From Phoronis australis (Eukaryota > Animalia > Phoronida): a stretch of DNA of 64,000 bases. The translations under genes were made by a program, and so were the position numbers. This document shows, piece after piece, positions 36,645-49,115 of the stretch. Below the pieces are notes generated by a model. That model did not search any database, had not been told where the DNA came from, and saw nothing but the letters and a program-made list of their open reading frames with translations. The stretch spans positions 21,528 through 85,527 of the forward strand of contig NMRA01000619.1 in the NCBI GenBank assembly GCA_002633005.1, in the 5' to 3' direction. Every line of letters starts with the position of its first letter. Positions within the stretch are counted from its first letter, which is position 1.

Positions 36645-37387
36645 ATGCCACACTGTTGCTGCGTACCGCAATGTACTAATTACCGTCTCACGCGCGCTTT
36701 GGGAGTACCTTTGCATCGCTTTCCGATGGATGACACACTTCGCCGTACTTGGCTCGTTCGTGTGAAGAACGCAGCGTTACCCGTCCACGCAACGTACAAA
36801 GCAGTGGAGAATTACCGTGTGTGTGGCAAGCACTTTCTGCCTCCGGTTACGAAAGGGATTTGTACGCTGAACTGATGACGAAACAACGCCTGAAGAAGGA
36901 TGCCATTCCGTCTGTGTTGATTCCCGGCAGTGCCCCGTCGCCACCCCCGAGAAGTGCGTTTTTGAGGCGAGAAGCTTTGCGAGCTGTGGCCAGTACAGTG
37001 ACTGGAGCCAGTGGAGGCACTTCATTTACTGTCACCCGTGCCTCCGAACGTAAGCCAGAGCGTGCAATTCCTGGAACCAGTAGTGATTCGCCCTGTGCTG
37101 TTTTCTCCAGCCCAGAGCCTCTAAGCAGCCCTGCAGCGATATTGAGTAGTGGGAATGCATGATTACTGGCCCAGTTCGACACCTAGTGGAGAGGACAGTT
37201 TGTCGTTCAGTGAACAGATCGGTGAGCCAAACTTTGATAAGTTTATTGTGGATTTGTCTATTAAGAAGGTGCCAGGTGTGTGGCGAGGGAGTCACACGAC
37301 ACGATGTAAGCAGTTTGGGTGTTCAGGTCACCATCTAGTGGGAGTGTGTCGCGGGAGACTCTGGCAAGTGGGACAGTTGTTCCTCTG
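36645..37387 (+). pseudogene. THAP-domain / N-terminal part of Kolobok transposase, frameshifted, lacking the catalytic domain
   Basis: MPHCCCVPQCTN...LHRFP...W...YRVCGKHF, then RLKKDAIPSV, DKFIVD and C..G...WDS motifs. Confidence 0.8.
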
Positions 37388-37613
37388 GTATGCCGGAGGT
37401 CCACTTAACCATGTCCAGCACTGGCTTGGCCTCGTCGAACTCTGAACAGCACAAGCATTCCATTGAGGTAGGCATAACAACGCACGCAGTGCATTTGCAC
37501 CAAGATGTGTCACCACGTCTGTCCTCAGTAGCCGCCTCGTTTCTCTCAACAGCTGCCTGTTCCTGTGCGTACTCTGCCTCGTTACACTCGGGCTCAAACA
37601 TGTACTCACCCAC
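37388..37613 (-). pseudogene. KolX-like (P2X7 cytoplasmic ballast-like) Cys-rich N-terminal remnant
   Basis: YMFEPE...RRGDTSWCKCTACVVMPTSMECLCCSE matches the W-C-x-C-x2-C-x2-M...E-C-x-C-C-x-E pattern. Confidence 0.75.
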
Positions 37614-38631
37614 TGAATGTCCGTGAAAAAATTACTCGTCACCACTGCTGTGAAAAAGGTCTCCGTCACTCACACTACTGTCACTGAGATACGGGCCACC
37701 GACTCCAGCCATTTACAGCTTACAACACACTAAACATTCCCTAAATCCAGTTGAGTTCTCTACTAACCTATCTTGCCGCAGAATACTCGCCGATGGAAAG
37801 TGGTGGCGACAATTGTTGAAAAACAGCACAAAATAAAAGTAGAATAGAACAGATTCGCACGGTAAAGTCAACGCAAACCCAAGTGGCGGGAAACGCTTGC
37901 CTCCTAAAACGTCACTTCCGGAGTAGCAGACGAGTAATTAATAAAATTACGAAAATGTGTAATTAAGTGGAAAATATGTCTAGGATAACCAACCAACCTT
38001 ATTGTAGCTCAAAATGACATGGAAAAAGGTTGCCTTCGCCTTTAAGGGTGTGAGTTGGGGAGTGGTACCACGAGTTTAGACGATAGTAGCTGGAATTTAG
38101 AGCTATGGTCGTGGAAACATTTCCAGTCCCTAAAACTGCAACACAAAACTTCTCAGACTTTGGGAAAACAGCCAGGGAACATTTGATATGAAAAATTCAT
38201 GGTAAAATAACAATTATTTTGTTTTCACAACATGTGAACAGAAACACGACTGGTTAACTTTTATAATACTTGAACTGAATACACAAAGTAAAATAGTTTT
38301 TTCGTTCCAGTGATTCTCTTTCTTAGATTCAAATAAAATTCTGTTGAGACATTCATGGGAATTTAATTTGTGCCCCAGTTCCTTCAAATTTTAAACATTT
38401 TTTTATTTTGCTCTAGCGTGATAATTACATGTCACATAAAACAATGCAGTATACATCATTTACAAAGAAGTAACATTAAATCACTAGTCAAAAAGTACCG
38501 CATTTTCTTCGGGATGTAATTTAATAAAGTTAATTTTTTTCGTTGTTAGTATCCTCTCTTTAAAATACTGTTCACCTTGTGCTCCATTCACACACAACAT
38601 TGATCACCCATCTAGTTCCATGTTTACTCAC

Positions 38632-38762
38632 AAGATGATGCTGCAAGCGATGGCAACAACAGAAAGAATGAGTGAGAGCAGCGTGAAGAACAGGAAAATG
38701 GTGTGTGTGCGTGCAGCACGCCATGGCTTGGAGGAAGGAACACAGCTCACAGTTACGCTCAC
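38632..38762 (-). CDS. TMC exon (VSVTVSCVPSSKPWRAART...)
   Basis: Acceptor gtttctag, donor GTGAGT; PWRA motif plus a TM helix; 131 nt, phase 0 to 2. Confidence 0.9.
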
Positions 38763-40369
38763 CTAGAAACAGTAAATGGCAACAAAGTCAGTAAACACAG
38801 CTTCTGATTCATGATATGGGACTCGTGCAACGTTCATACGTGTCCAATCTGATGGTAGACCCTTCACCCAATCAGATGTATGAATATCTACCACCATCAT
38901 ACATCAACAGTGGAAAAACATCTGATCGGTCATAAGAAATAAGTCAGGGCTGTTCCAGTAAAAAACGTATGGGAGGGGGGAAGGCGTTTTCATTTTTTAC
39001 CTACCGCCCATACTTTTCTTTTATTTCTCCAACCCACCACCAATAACTCCTAATTAGGTTGAAATATAAAATGCAACCACCCATAATATTTTTAAATTAT
39101 GCTTGAATTATACTGTACATGGTAATATACATGTTAGGTTTTATTTTCTTTAGACGTTTTAGGTCCTCAGAAATTCATGAGTCAACAACGGTCCTGCAGA
39201 CACAACATCAGCTCACTCCCAGACAAGGAATAAAACTTCACACACGCTTTCCAGTGAATAGCGATTAATGAACAAGAATGTTGGTTTGTGCTCTTCGTGT
39301 GCATTGCATATGGCAGACACTGTACTGCGGGTGCTCATTACTGAAAATTCCTACAAGAGGGAGCAACACTTCTAAACAAATTATCTCTAGGAAACAAATC
39401 ATGATCTGTTAAGTACTAACAGTCCGGGAGCCAGGGGGTTGAACATGGTTTTGCCGGATAAATTTTTTTCTTTGCATTTTCAGTTAGCCTAGGGTTAAGT
39501 AACCATGATTTAAGGGGGTGACCGTTCGCAACCCTTGAGCATTTTTTAAATATGCAAATTAAGGTCGCCATTATGCAAAATTCTGCACTGCAGCTAGATA
39601 ATTTTGAAGTTTTTACTCATGTTTCCATGGTCAACGAATTTAATAGCATAAGTTTTTTGGCGAATACAAATTTAAATTTGCATAATTTATACAAATTAAG
39701 ACCGCCATTATTCAAATTTCTTCTTGTGCTTATAGCTACTACACCAGGCACCACAGATGAACCATCATCTTTGATATTTGCACCTATATTCTTTTGGTCA
39801 TCAAGTTTAATGAAATCGTTTTGCATGTTGTTGCATGATAAATTTGCATAATTAATGCAAATTTGCAGAACTAATGGCAATTAAGGGTGCCATTATTCAA
39901 AATTTTACTTGTGCATATAGCTACTTGTGCTTATAGCTGCGGTACCAAGCACCACAGGTAAACTCTCATGATATTTGAAGCAATGTTCCTATGGTCAATT
40001 AGGTTAATGAAATCAGTTTGTAAGTTGCACGATAAATTAGCATACTTTATGTAAATAAAGGCAGCCATTATCAAAAATTCTGTTTCTGCTCGTAACTTTC
40101 GTACGGGGGGGCACCAAATGTAAATTATTTTGGTATTTTTACTGATGAATTTTATGTATTCTGTTATTACATCATAAATATAAATAATCTGTAATTTATT
40201 ACATAACATTACAAATTCTAGATTTGTCTGATACCCAGGGTATATGCAGTAGTAGATGACCAAATTGTTTAATTACATAAACCCAGAACAATAACCTATC
40301 AAATGTAGACCAGTCACAAGACGTTTCAAATGCTAATTCAACACTCGAAATGAACAAGAAATGTATAAG

Positions 40370-43300
40370 GTCAACGTGAGGATACAAATCTTTTTTTAGC
40401 TCATACAAGTCTAATTCCAGGAGTGTGGCAATTTTGTTGAATAATAATTTTGAATTCAAGTTTTTTACTAAAAAACAAGATGAAAATAGCAATATGCTAT
40501 TACTCAATAAAGCTGCAAATGATAGAATTGTAACGATAGTGAATACTTATGGTCCAAATAAAGACGATCCCGATTTCTTTGAGCGAGTATCCCAAAGGAT
40601 TGTTGACTTTGCTAATCCTCCTATTATTTAGACGGGTGATTTTAATTCAGTTTTAAATCAAGTAGTACTCGCAATTATCGTCATGTAAATAATCCAAAAT
40701 CAAGAGATATGGTTTTGGAAATCTGTTCTGAATTTTCTCTCTTTGATGCATGGCGCGACTTAAATCCTAGTAGTGCTGAATTTACGTGGCGATCTGGCAT
40801 TAAGCGTTCACGTCTAGATTTTTTTTCTGATTTCTGAAGATTTACAGGCGGAGTTAGACGAAGCCAGAATTGAAACTGGCTATAGAACAGATCACTTGAT
40901 GGTAACATTATCATTTAAATTTTGTGTTCCACAGAAGAAAAAAAACATTTGGAAATTTAATAATTCTCTCTTGAATAATTCGGAATATGTAACTCTTATA
41001 AAAGAAGTTATCAAGCGTGATAAACTACAATACATCTATGATAAAGATTATGTCATAGATAACATTGCAGATAGTAAGCTGCAGTTATATATTAAAGGCG
41101 AAGGCAACCTTTTTTCATGTCATCTGTAGCAAAAATAAGGTTCGTTGATTATCCCAGACATATTTTTTACTTATTTACTGCTTTTCGTAATTTAATCAAT
41201 TACTCGTCGTCTACTCTGGAAGTGACATTTTGGGAAGCAGGAATTTCGCGCCAATTTCTTTTCATACAGTCTCACTGTGAGAGCAGTCGACTCAGTCATT
41301 GTTCTACCTTGGTTGTGATAAGTTCAGTCGTCGTTTGCTTTTGCTTACGAGTCAGTCAACATGCCACGCTGTTGCTGCGTACTGGGGTGTACTCATTCTC
41401 GTCTCACGTACAGAGGAAGAACTGTCCCACTTGCCCGAGTGTCCTGCAACACACTCCCACTGGAGGGTGATCTGAGCATCCAAACTGCTTACATCCTTCG
41501 CTACACACCTGGCACCTTCTAAATAGCTCCAATACAAGTCCACAATAAACTTATCAAACTCAGGCTCATCGATCTGTTCCCTGGATGACAAACTGTCGTC
41601 TTCACTAGGTATCGAACTGGGCCTGTATTCACTCACACTACTCAACATCGCTGCAGGGCTGCTTACAGGCTTTGGGCTGGAAACAACAGCACAGGGCGAA
41701 TCACTGCTAGTTCCTGAAACTGCACGCAATGGGATACGTTTGGAGGCACGGGTGACAGTAGATGAAGAGCCTCCAGTCACTGTATATAGTGACCACAGCT
41801 CGCGAGGCTTCAAAAACGCACTTCTCGGGGTTGGCGACGGGGCATTGCAGGGAATCAACAGCGATGGTATTGTACCCTTCTTCAGGCGCTGTTTCGCAGG
41901 GACCTTCATCAATTCAGCGTACACATCTCTGTCGTAATCTGACGGCAAAAAATGCTTGCCACACACTCGGTAACCCTCCTCTGCTTTGTACGTTGCGTGA
42001 ACGGGTAGCGCTGCGTTCTTCACATGAACGAGCTAGCCAAGTACGGCAAAGTGTGTCATCCTTCGGAAAGCGACGCAAGGTACCCAAAGCCTATGTGAGA
42101 CGATAATGAGTACATCCCGGCCCGTAGCAACAGCGTGGCATGTTGACTGACTTGTAAACAAAAGCAAACGACCACCGAACTTATCACAACCGAGGTAGAA
42201 CAGTGACTGACTTGACAGCTCTCACAGTCAGACTATATGAAAAGAAATTGGCAGTAAAATTTTGCCTCCCAAAACGTCACTTCCGGAGCAGAGGACGAGA
42301 AATTAATCAAATTGCGAAAAGCTGTAATTAAGTGAAAAATGTGTCTGGGAGAATCAACGAACCTTATTTTTGCTAAAAGTGACATGAAAAAGGTTGCCTT
42401 CGCCTTTAATGATCATCCATTTTTAGACACTCTTCTGATGGAGATTCGTGGTCCAACCATTTCTTTTTCTAGTTATTTGAAAAAACAGATGGAGAGATCA
42501 GAATCTATGCTTTTAGATGAAATCGATAAATTAGAAAAGGCGAAAAATTTGGACACAGGTTTCATTGCCGAGAAGCGCTCTCAGTTGAATGAACTGAGGA
42601 AACAATGATTGTATGGCAATATGATCAGGTCCAAAGCGAGATGAATCGAGGAAGAAGAAGTCCCCTCCAAATGTTTTTTACACCTAGAAAATAGGCATTT
42701 TACAAGTAAACACATGCCCTTCCTGTGAAGTCAGATAATACAAAAACAGGAAGTGTGTCTAAAATTATACAGGAGACTGCTCTTTTTTATGAAAATCACT
42801 ACAGAGCTAGGACAACTACTGATGATAACTTATGCAATTTCTTAGAAGAGGTAACATGTCCTAGGCTCGATGAAAATGAAAAAAACAACTTGAAGGTCTT
42901 TTGACCTATGAGGAAATAACCAAATGTTAGACAAAAAATGAAAAACAATAATAGTCCTGCCTCTGATGGGTTTACCATTGAAGTTTTTAAATTCTTTTGG
43001 GGTGATATAGGTATTTTTGTACTCCGATCTATAAATACCAGCTTTGCTGTGGGTCAACTATCATCCAATCAGAAAGATGATTTTATTACCTGTATTCCCA
43101 AAAGTGCAGACAAAAGTAAACATTTTCTAAAAAACTGGTGTTCTATTTCTCTTCTCAAGGTAACCTACAAAATTGCGTCTACAGCAATTGCAGAACACAT
43201 TAAGTCTTTGCTAGGGAAAATTATTTATGAGGATCAGAGTGGCTACATACCGGAAAGGAATTTGGCTGATAACATTCGTGTGCTGTTTTATTATACCCAG

Positions 43301-43555
43301 AAGACCCAAATACCAGGGCTACTACTTCTTATAGATTTTAAAAAGCCTTTGACTCTTTGTCTTGGAGTTTTATTGAAAAAGCTTTATATTTTTTAATTTG
43401 GGTGGTCAATTAAGAGATGGGTCAAAGTTTTCTACAAAAATATCAAATTGTGTTATTGTTAATGGCCAACCTTCTCATTGGTTTAATATTCAGAGAAGAG
43501 CGAGACAAGGTGACCCATTATCTCCTTATCTATTAATTATTTGTGCGGAAATTTA
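40370..43555 (+). mobile_element. Decayed Tx1/L1-clade LINE ORF2 (APE endonuclease + partial RT), split by a Kolobok insertion
   Basis: SRSVAILL, NTYGPNKDDPDFF, GDFN, SRLDFFLIS, TDH, WKFNNSLL, SPASDGFTIE, DQSGYIPERN, LIDFKK, RQGDPLSPYL; multiple stops and frameshifts. Confidence 0.9.
41096..42405 (-). mobile_element. Fold-back derivative of Kolobok family A with two THAP-bearing ends
   Basis: TTAA TSD (41092-41095, 42406-42409); about 315-bp inverted repeats, each containing ATGCCACGCTGTTGC; THAP-transposase remnant on - (42141-41411). Excision restores the LINE frame QLYI-NDHPFLDTLLMEIRG. Confidence 0.9.
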
Positions 43556-44699
43556 AAAATAATTCAAGTTACGGATGACTGATAACATTACCTGCCCCAT
43601 GCTTATTGTTTCATGTACGTTAACTGTTGAAGTGGCAATCCTGTCATGCTAATGTTCACCACTGTGTCTTTGGGGTGGACCTTGGGATCAATAAATCAAT
43701 GCTGGTATACCTTTGACAGATCCGTGCAATATCCTGGGCTTGTGCATCAAGACGTGCTTTACTTTCTTCCGTGTGATTAGTTTTAGTACAGGATCTAACG
43801 TTACCGCTCTCCATCTCTCCAAGATCTGTTTCAATCTTGTAAGACAAATGGCAACTTGTGCCCAAAGCTTAAGATTCTCTTCTTTGAGGGCAATTCCCTA
43901 CTATTCCCTCACTACTGTATTCGTACCTCATCAATGCGGTCCCTATAAACTGATCGCTCAGAACCCCATTCCAGCATTCACCCACGTCATTAAACTAATT
44001 TGCGCTTTTCCTATGGTCTGTGAGAGCACAGGGTTATAGGCAATATCTTTATAGAATTTAAGGTTTCAAACTGCAGAACACACACTACACAAAATATTTT
44101 CTTACTTCATCAAAAAGGAGATTCTGCAAACAGATTTCATTAAATTCATTGACCACTGAAACATGGGTACAAATATTTATAACTAACCTCTGGTGTCTGA
44201 TGCAGCAGTTATAAGCACAAGTAGAATTTTGAATATGGCAGCTGTAATTTGCGTAAATTATCAAAAATATGAGATAAATTCGAAAATAATCTACATGTAA
44301 CGCTCATAAGGAAATTACAGGGACGAAACAGTATTTGGAATAGTGGTGTCCATTACTTGCATAAAATGTGAAAATTCATCATGCAAAAACTTGCAAACTT
44401 ATTTCACAGAAACATGGGTAAAGACATTAAAATAGTTTAATTGGGGTGCCTGGTACTTCACCTATAAGCAAGAGTAGAATTTTGAATAATGGCGGCCTTA
44501 ATTTGCATATATTATGCATATATTAAGTAACGAAGAAAATAAATCTGAAACTAAATAAGGCGATCCAGATCCTCCCAAGAATACTATTGTTTCACGAAAT
44601 GTAGAATATAAATCGGAAAATAAAACAAAAGAAATGGATCAACTGAAATTTGAAATTTTCGAATGTAATAACTTCCTGCAGTACATCTATCCCGCTGAA

Positions 44700-45179
44700 A
44701 ATCACATGATGCCGGCGAAATCGCATAATATACCACTATGTCCACTTACAATGTGATCCGCCACTCGGTTATCTAGATATCATCCAGAAACGTTCTTCTC
44801 CCCAAAACACTTGAAAAACCCCTTGTTGAGATCAAAATGGCCACTAGGAGGTGCTGCAGTGGTTGAAACTATGCAAAAATTTAATTGTGCCAATGCAAAG
44901 ATATCACACACCTTTATGTCAAGTTTCATTTAAATCCATCAAACCAGAACCAGTGTTCCCTCAAAAACACAGAAAAAGCCATGCCCTCCTCATCCCAGGA
45001 GGCAGGGCAGACTTTAAAGTGGCATGAGCCATTTTAATGATGCCCTACACCCTTGTGCAAATTTCATCAAAATCCGACCAGGGGTTTCTAAGAAATCGAG
45101 CGGACACCCGGACAGAAGGACAAGCGGACATCCGGACAGTGACGACAATAAAGAACCACACATGTGGGCACATTAAAAT
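44700..45179 (+). mobile_element. Diverged HINE-like fragment
   Basis: GGCCACTAGGAGGTGC motif, GGACA repeats and CCACACATGTGGGCACATTAAAA end, as in the 30605 family. Confidence 0.55.
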
Positions 45180-45490
45180 CAAGTCATTTCACTCAAAGTG
45201 TGTTCAGTGGCAGTTAGTGACGTGCATTTTTATGACAGTGTTTACTAGTAATTAACCAACCTAACTACATTTATTCTCCTGGGTTATTTACCAATTAAAA
45301 GTAATTCAAATTATATGCAATGAAACAAAATCATCACGACGAAATGTTAAATGAAAATTAGGGTTAGGGATAAGGAGAAAAACACAAAATAACCTATGCA
45401 AATGATTACCCAAGAAGTTGCATAACCTAATGCGAGATAAACATTTACAATATAAGAATTGCAGACACCAAAACTTAAATCTCTACTCAC

Positions 45491-45566
45491 CCGCTTTAAG
45501 TAAAATATCAAAAAGAGTTTCACGATGTTGATGAAGACGAGAAATGGACTAAAGTATGTGCCAGTC
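45491..45566 (-). CDS. TMC exon (TGTYFSPFLVFINIVKLFLIFYLKR)
   Basis: Acceptor tacttcag, donor GTGAGT; W.G.+F.P motif at the end of the TMC domain; 76 nt, phase 2 to 0. Confidence 0.92.
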
Positions 45567-46700
45567 CTGAAGTAAACAAAACAGTGATGTGATTCGCTAT
45601 TATCTTGTCAGTTGATACATACTAGACTTTTCAATTGCTGATAAAAGTTTCGGCAATGATTGACAGTAGGGTAATCCCCACAGCTCCAGGGGGATGAGTC
45701 TGTCCAACAATCAGCAGTGCTGTGCATTCAAAATTCAGATCAGTTACATACCTATGAAGCAGGGAAACCAGGAAAATAACAAATGATCAAAAACCAGAAA
45801 CAATATCCCTGAGGCCAATTCCTCGAAAAGTCTATAACCAAAAGTTGATTTTTGGCTCTGGCTTTTAGTATGCTCCCGAGCAGCCTATGGATTTCTGACT
45901 TTTGGCTTCTAGTTACACACAGGTTTTACTGAATTTCAGTCTTAGCCTCATTTAGTGAAACATGCTAAGACATTCACAGATTTGATTTTTTAGCCAAAAG
46001 TCAACAGAATCTTCAAGAAACAGTCGCCATGACAAAACTTCTGTCACCTATCCAACTAAGACTACTGATACCACAAAGCCAAAACAAGACTCAAAATGGC
46101 AGCTGGTGGCAAATACCCACCTAAGTTGGCAGCACGAAATAACCAGCAATTCCTATGCAAGAAAACCCATGTGCTTCCAGCAGCAATAAACAATAAGCTA
46201 ATGGGAATACCTGCTGGACAGTTAAACAGTGGAACTTGCAAAAACCAATCAAACCAATGGGTTTCATCTGAGTAAAACACTTATCTGAAGAGTGGAGTGC
46301 TTGCTTCTTTATAATAGAGGAGGCAATGTGGCTTAGTACGATAAGTGTTCTCTTCCTTTACTCAAGGCCCAGCGACCGAGTCCCACTGAGGCACACTGCT
46401 AGACCCCTGAGTCTTTAACAATATTAATAAAGCATAAACATAAAAATGGCTTCAGGTGATCAGTGAAATGGTCCCACCTGAGCGGCCTGCGCATGTTTGG
46501 TAAAACAAGTACCAAATCACCTGCCAGTACTTTTTTCTTCTAATTATTATAACATGACATAATAGACCTAAATAATTTCATTGTTTGCTTCAACAGGAAG
46601 ACTCAGTTCTGACACTTTATTACAGTTTGAAGTTCACACTTTCAGTTTGACCCTCATTAGTGCTGAGTAGACATTACTAAATATCACCCACATCACTTAC

Positions 46701-46793
46701 CAACACAATGTCTGTGTGTAGATAAGATCAAGAGTGTTACGTCCAATGTTGAACTCTGGGTGCGGCAGTCTTTTGATGCACTGTGAAAAGGCT
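46701..46793 (-). CDS. TMC exon (PEFNIGRNTLDLIYTQTLCW)
   Basis: Acceptor tttccag, donor GTAAGT; conserved EF.I..N.L.LIY.Q motif; 93 nt, phase 2 to 2. Confidence 0.93.
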
Positions 46794-47608
46794 CTGGAAA
46801 GGTAATATTACACATATTACAGCAGTGTTGAAGCAAGGTAGTTAAATGAAGCGTTGAAAAGAGGTCCAACAAGGTGAACTGAGGTGAGTTGAACTCGCAG
46901 AAGGGGAGTTTACAGGATATGAAAAATAACACTGATAAGATTAAAAATTAAAGCATATTTGGTTCTGGGTAAAGTTTCGTAGATGCAAGAATTTCACTAA
47001 GGAAACTAAGTAGAATGTGATCAGGTGCTTTGCTTGTAATAAGTGGCGATATCTCCCAAAGTCTTGCATATTCTTGCATTTTGCGAGATTATCGTCTCTG
47101 CAAAACACATGCCTGGTCTGGAGTGTTTTAAGACCAAGACCGGTTATTTTGGTTATTCATAATTTTCAAAAAAGAAAATCCCCCAGAGAAGGGCAAAATT
47201 TGTTTGTTTTATTTTTACTGAACTCTTCGCAAATCATGGCATTTCGAACCTTGCTTACCCCCTTGCTTACGTGCCTTTGTGAAGCTTGAGTGATCTGGAC
47301 TGAAACTACAATTGATGGGTGATTTTTATTTGTTGAACATAGGCCTAAAAATGAGTTGGAGTAGAGAACAGGACAAACTATGGGACAAGGGTCAGGGTCA
47401 GAGACAGGGTCAGGTGCTTTTTTGACCTTATCATGTGAAAACACATCTAACAACTTGCAAAGAATCAGAGTGGGCTAGTTGACCAGATGGAGTATAATCC
47501 TGCTTAACCCAGCATTGTGAAAAAATGAAAGATACATAACATAGCACTGTGAATTTAAATTTCAAAACACTTTTGTTTCATATTCTATTAAGCCTTAACT
47601 GCAACTGC

Positions 47609-49115
47609 AACAGGAGCATTGAAATGAGCCCATGAATGCACCGCAAGCCGTGTGCTTCTAGGGGTGTTTACTTGTATCCTAAAAATGGCCACTGGAAGGC
47701 ACAAAATACAACAAATCCATTTGAAAATTGCAACATGTCATTGTTTCTTTAACAGAAAGCTATTTACCAAATTTCATACAAATCCATCCAGGAACTTCAG
47801 AGGAACAGAGGAAAACGGAAAAAATGAAATTGCCACTAGGAGGCACAGCATTTGTCGATCCATCTGAAAGTCATCATCGTCCATTGTCAACTTCATATAA
47901 ATACACTTGCTAAAGGCTGTTCCAGGAAAAAATGTATGGGATGGGGGAAGGCACTTTTATTTCGTACCCACCACCCATATTTTTCATTTATTTCTACAAC
48001 CCACGACCCATAATTTTTAATTAGGTCAAAATATAAAATCCAACACTTGCAAACAAATTGCCTCCAGGATTACCTGTGAAGAACTTAGAAGATCAACTGA
48101 CAAGAACCACCTGGTAGTTGTCCAGTCCAATATTGTCAAAAACTAAAGTAGCCAAGAGGGTGGTCGAATCAAAATGAAAACGACTTCAGTCAACGCATCC
48201 ATTTCTGCTATATATTTTTGTGCCAAATTTCAACCAGTTGTGCCTAGCACTTTTTGAGATAATCAACCTGTCTTGTCAAAAAATAAAATGCCCCACAAGG
48301 GATGCTACAATAGCCAAATCTGTCCAAAACTCGATTGGTGACAGTGCATACCAGCCACCCATGTCTATGACAAATGTCATCAAGGTACGTTTAGCAGTTT
48401 CAAAGTAACTGGCGGTGCTGGCGCATCCATGCCGATTACTTTTATACCAAATTTGATCATGATCTGTCAAGCAAACAAAGAATGATAATGAAAGATGGAC
48501 CCATAACTTTTAATTAGGTTGAAATATAAAACATAGTTTTTGAGATAATCAACCTGTCTTGTCAAAAACTAAAATGGCCAACAGGGGGTGCTATGGTAGC
48601 CAAATCTGTCTGAAAACCGATTGTTGCTGGTGCATGCCAAGCGTCTATCTCTATGACAAATGTCATAATGACCTGTAAAGTGGTTTCAAGATAATTGACG
48701 GACAAGCAATGACTCGAGCAGTCAAAAACTAACGGGGTGCCACAGTAGTTCAATCCAGCGTCCAAAAATTGAGTGGTGCTGGCACATTCTTGCGATACTT
48801 ATATTTCGAATTTCATCATAATCCGAAAGGATTTTTGAGATAATCAACATACAAGGAATGGCTTGTCGAAAGCTAAAGCGGTCAACATGGGGTACCATGG
48901 TTGCCAAATCTGCCTGGAAATCGACTGGTGCAGGCGCATCCTTGCCAAATACCTCTACACCAAATTTCATCATGAGCCATCAAGCAGTTCTTGAGATACT
49001 TGACGGAGCATTTCAGCAGATACAGCTGTGGACGCTGGACACCTGACAACGGAAGCCCGGACAGACAGAGATGACGGCAATATGCACACACATATAATTA
49101 TGTGAGTGAACAAAA
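47609..49115 (+). mobile_element. Composite HINE-like copy interrupted by another repeat (47914-48050, related to 38946-39110)
   Basis: GGAGCATTGAAATG..CCCA.GAATGCACCGC start, CCACTAGGAGGCAC motif, CAGAGATGACGGCAATATG...CACATATAATTATGTG end. Confidence 0.55.

Larger units (their letters stand above)
36375..38041 (+). mobile_element. Internally deleted Kolobok-type DNA transposon (family A)
   Basis: TTAA TSD (36371-36374, 38042-38045); about 155-bp TIRs starting AGGCGAAGGCAACCTTTTT; convergent THAP-transposase 5' remnant (+) and KolX 5' remnant (-). Confidence 0.9.
39420..44530 (-). mobile_element. Academ-like DNA transposon remnant hosting the LINE
   Basis: Inverted subterminal repeat blocks (39550-40130 vs 44080-44530, e.g. 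AAATTAAG.CCGCCATTATTCAAA); transposase-like remnant on - at about 43590-43980 (WNGVLSDQFI...MRY, GIALK...WA, HTEESKAR, VVNI...TVNV). Superfamily recalled from motif memory; right terminus not found. Confidence 0.5.

Noticed and set aside
37335-37613. P2X7 purinoceptor gene
   Set aside because: Only the Cys-rich ballast-like start is present, inside TIRs and TTAA TSDs; no P2X ectodomain or TM segments.
36645-42141. Host THAP transcription-factor genes or P-element transposases
   Set aside because: Frameshifted, bounded by TIRs with 4-bp TTAA duplications rather than 7-8-bp P-element TSDs, and paired with KolX-like sequence.
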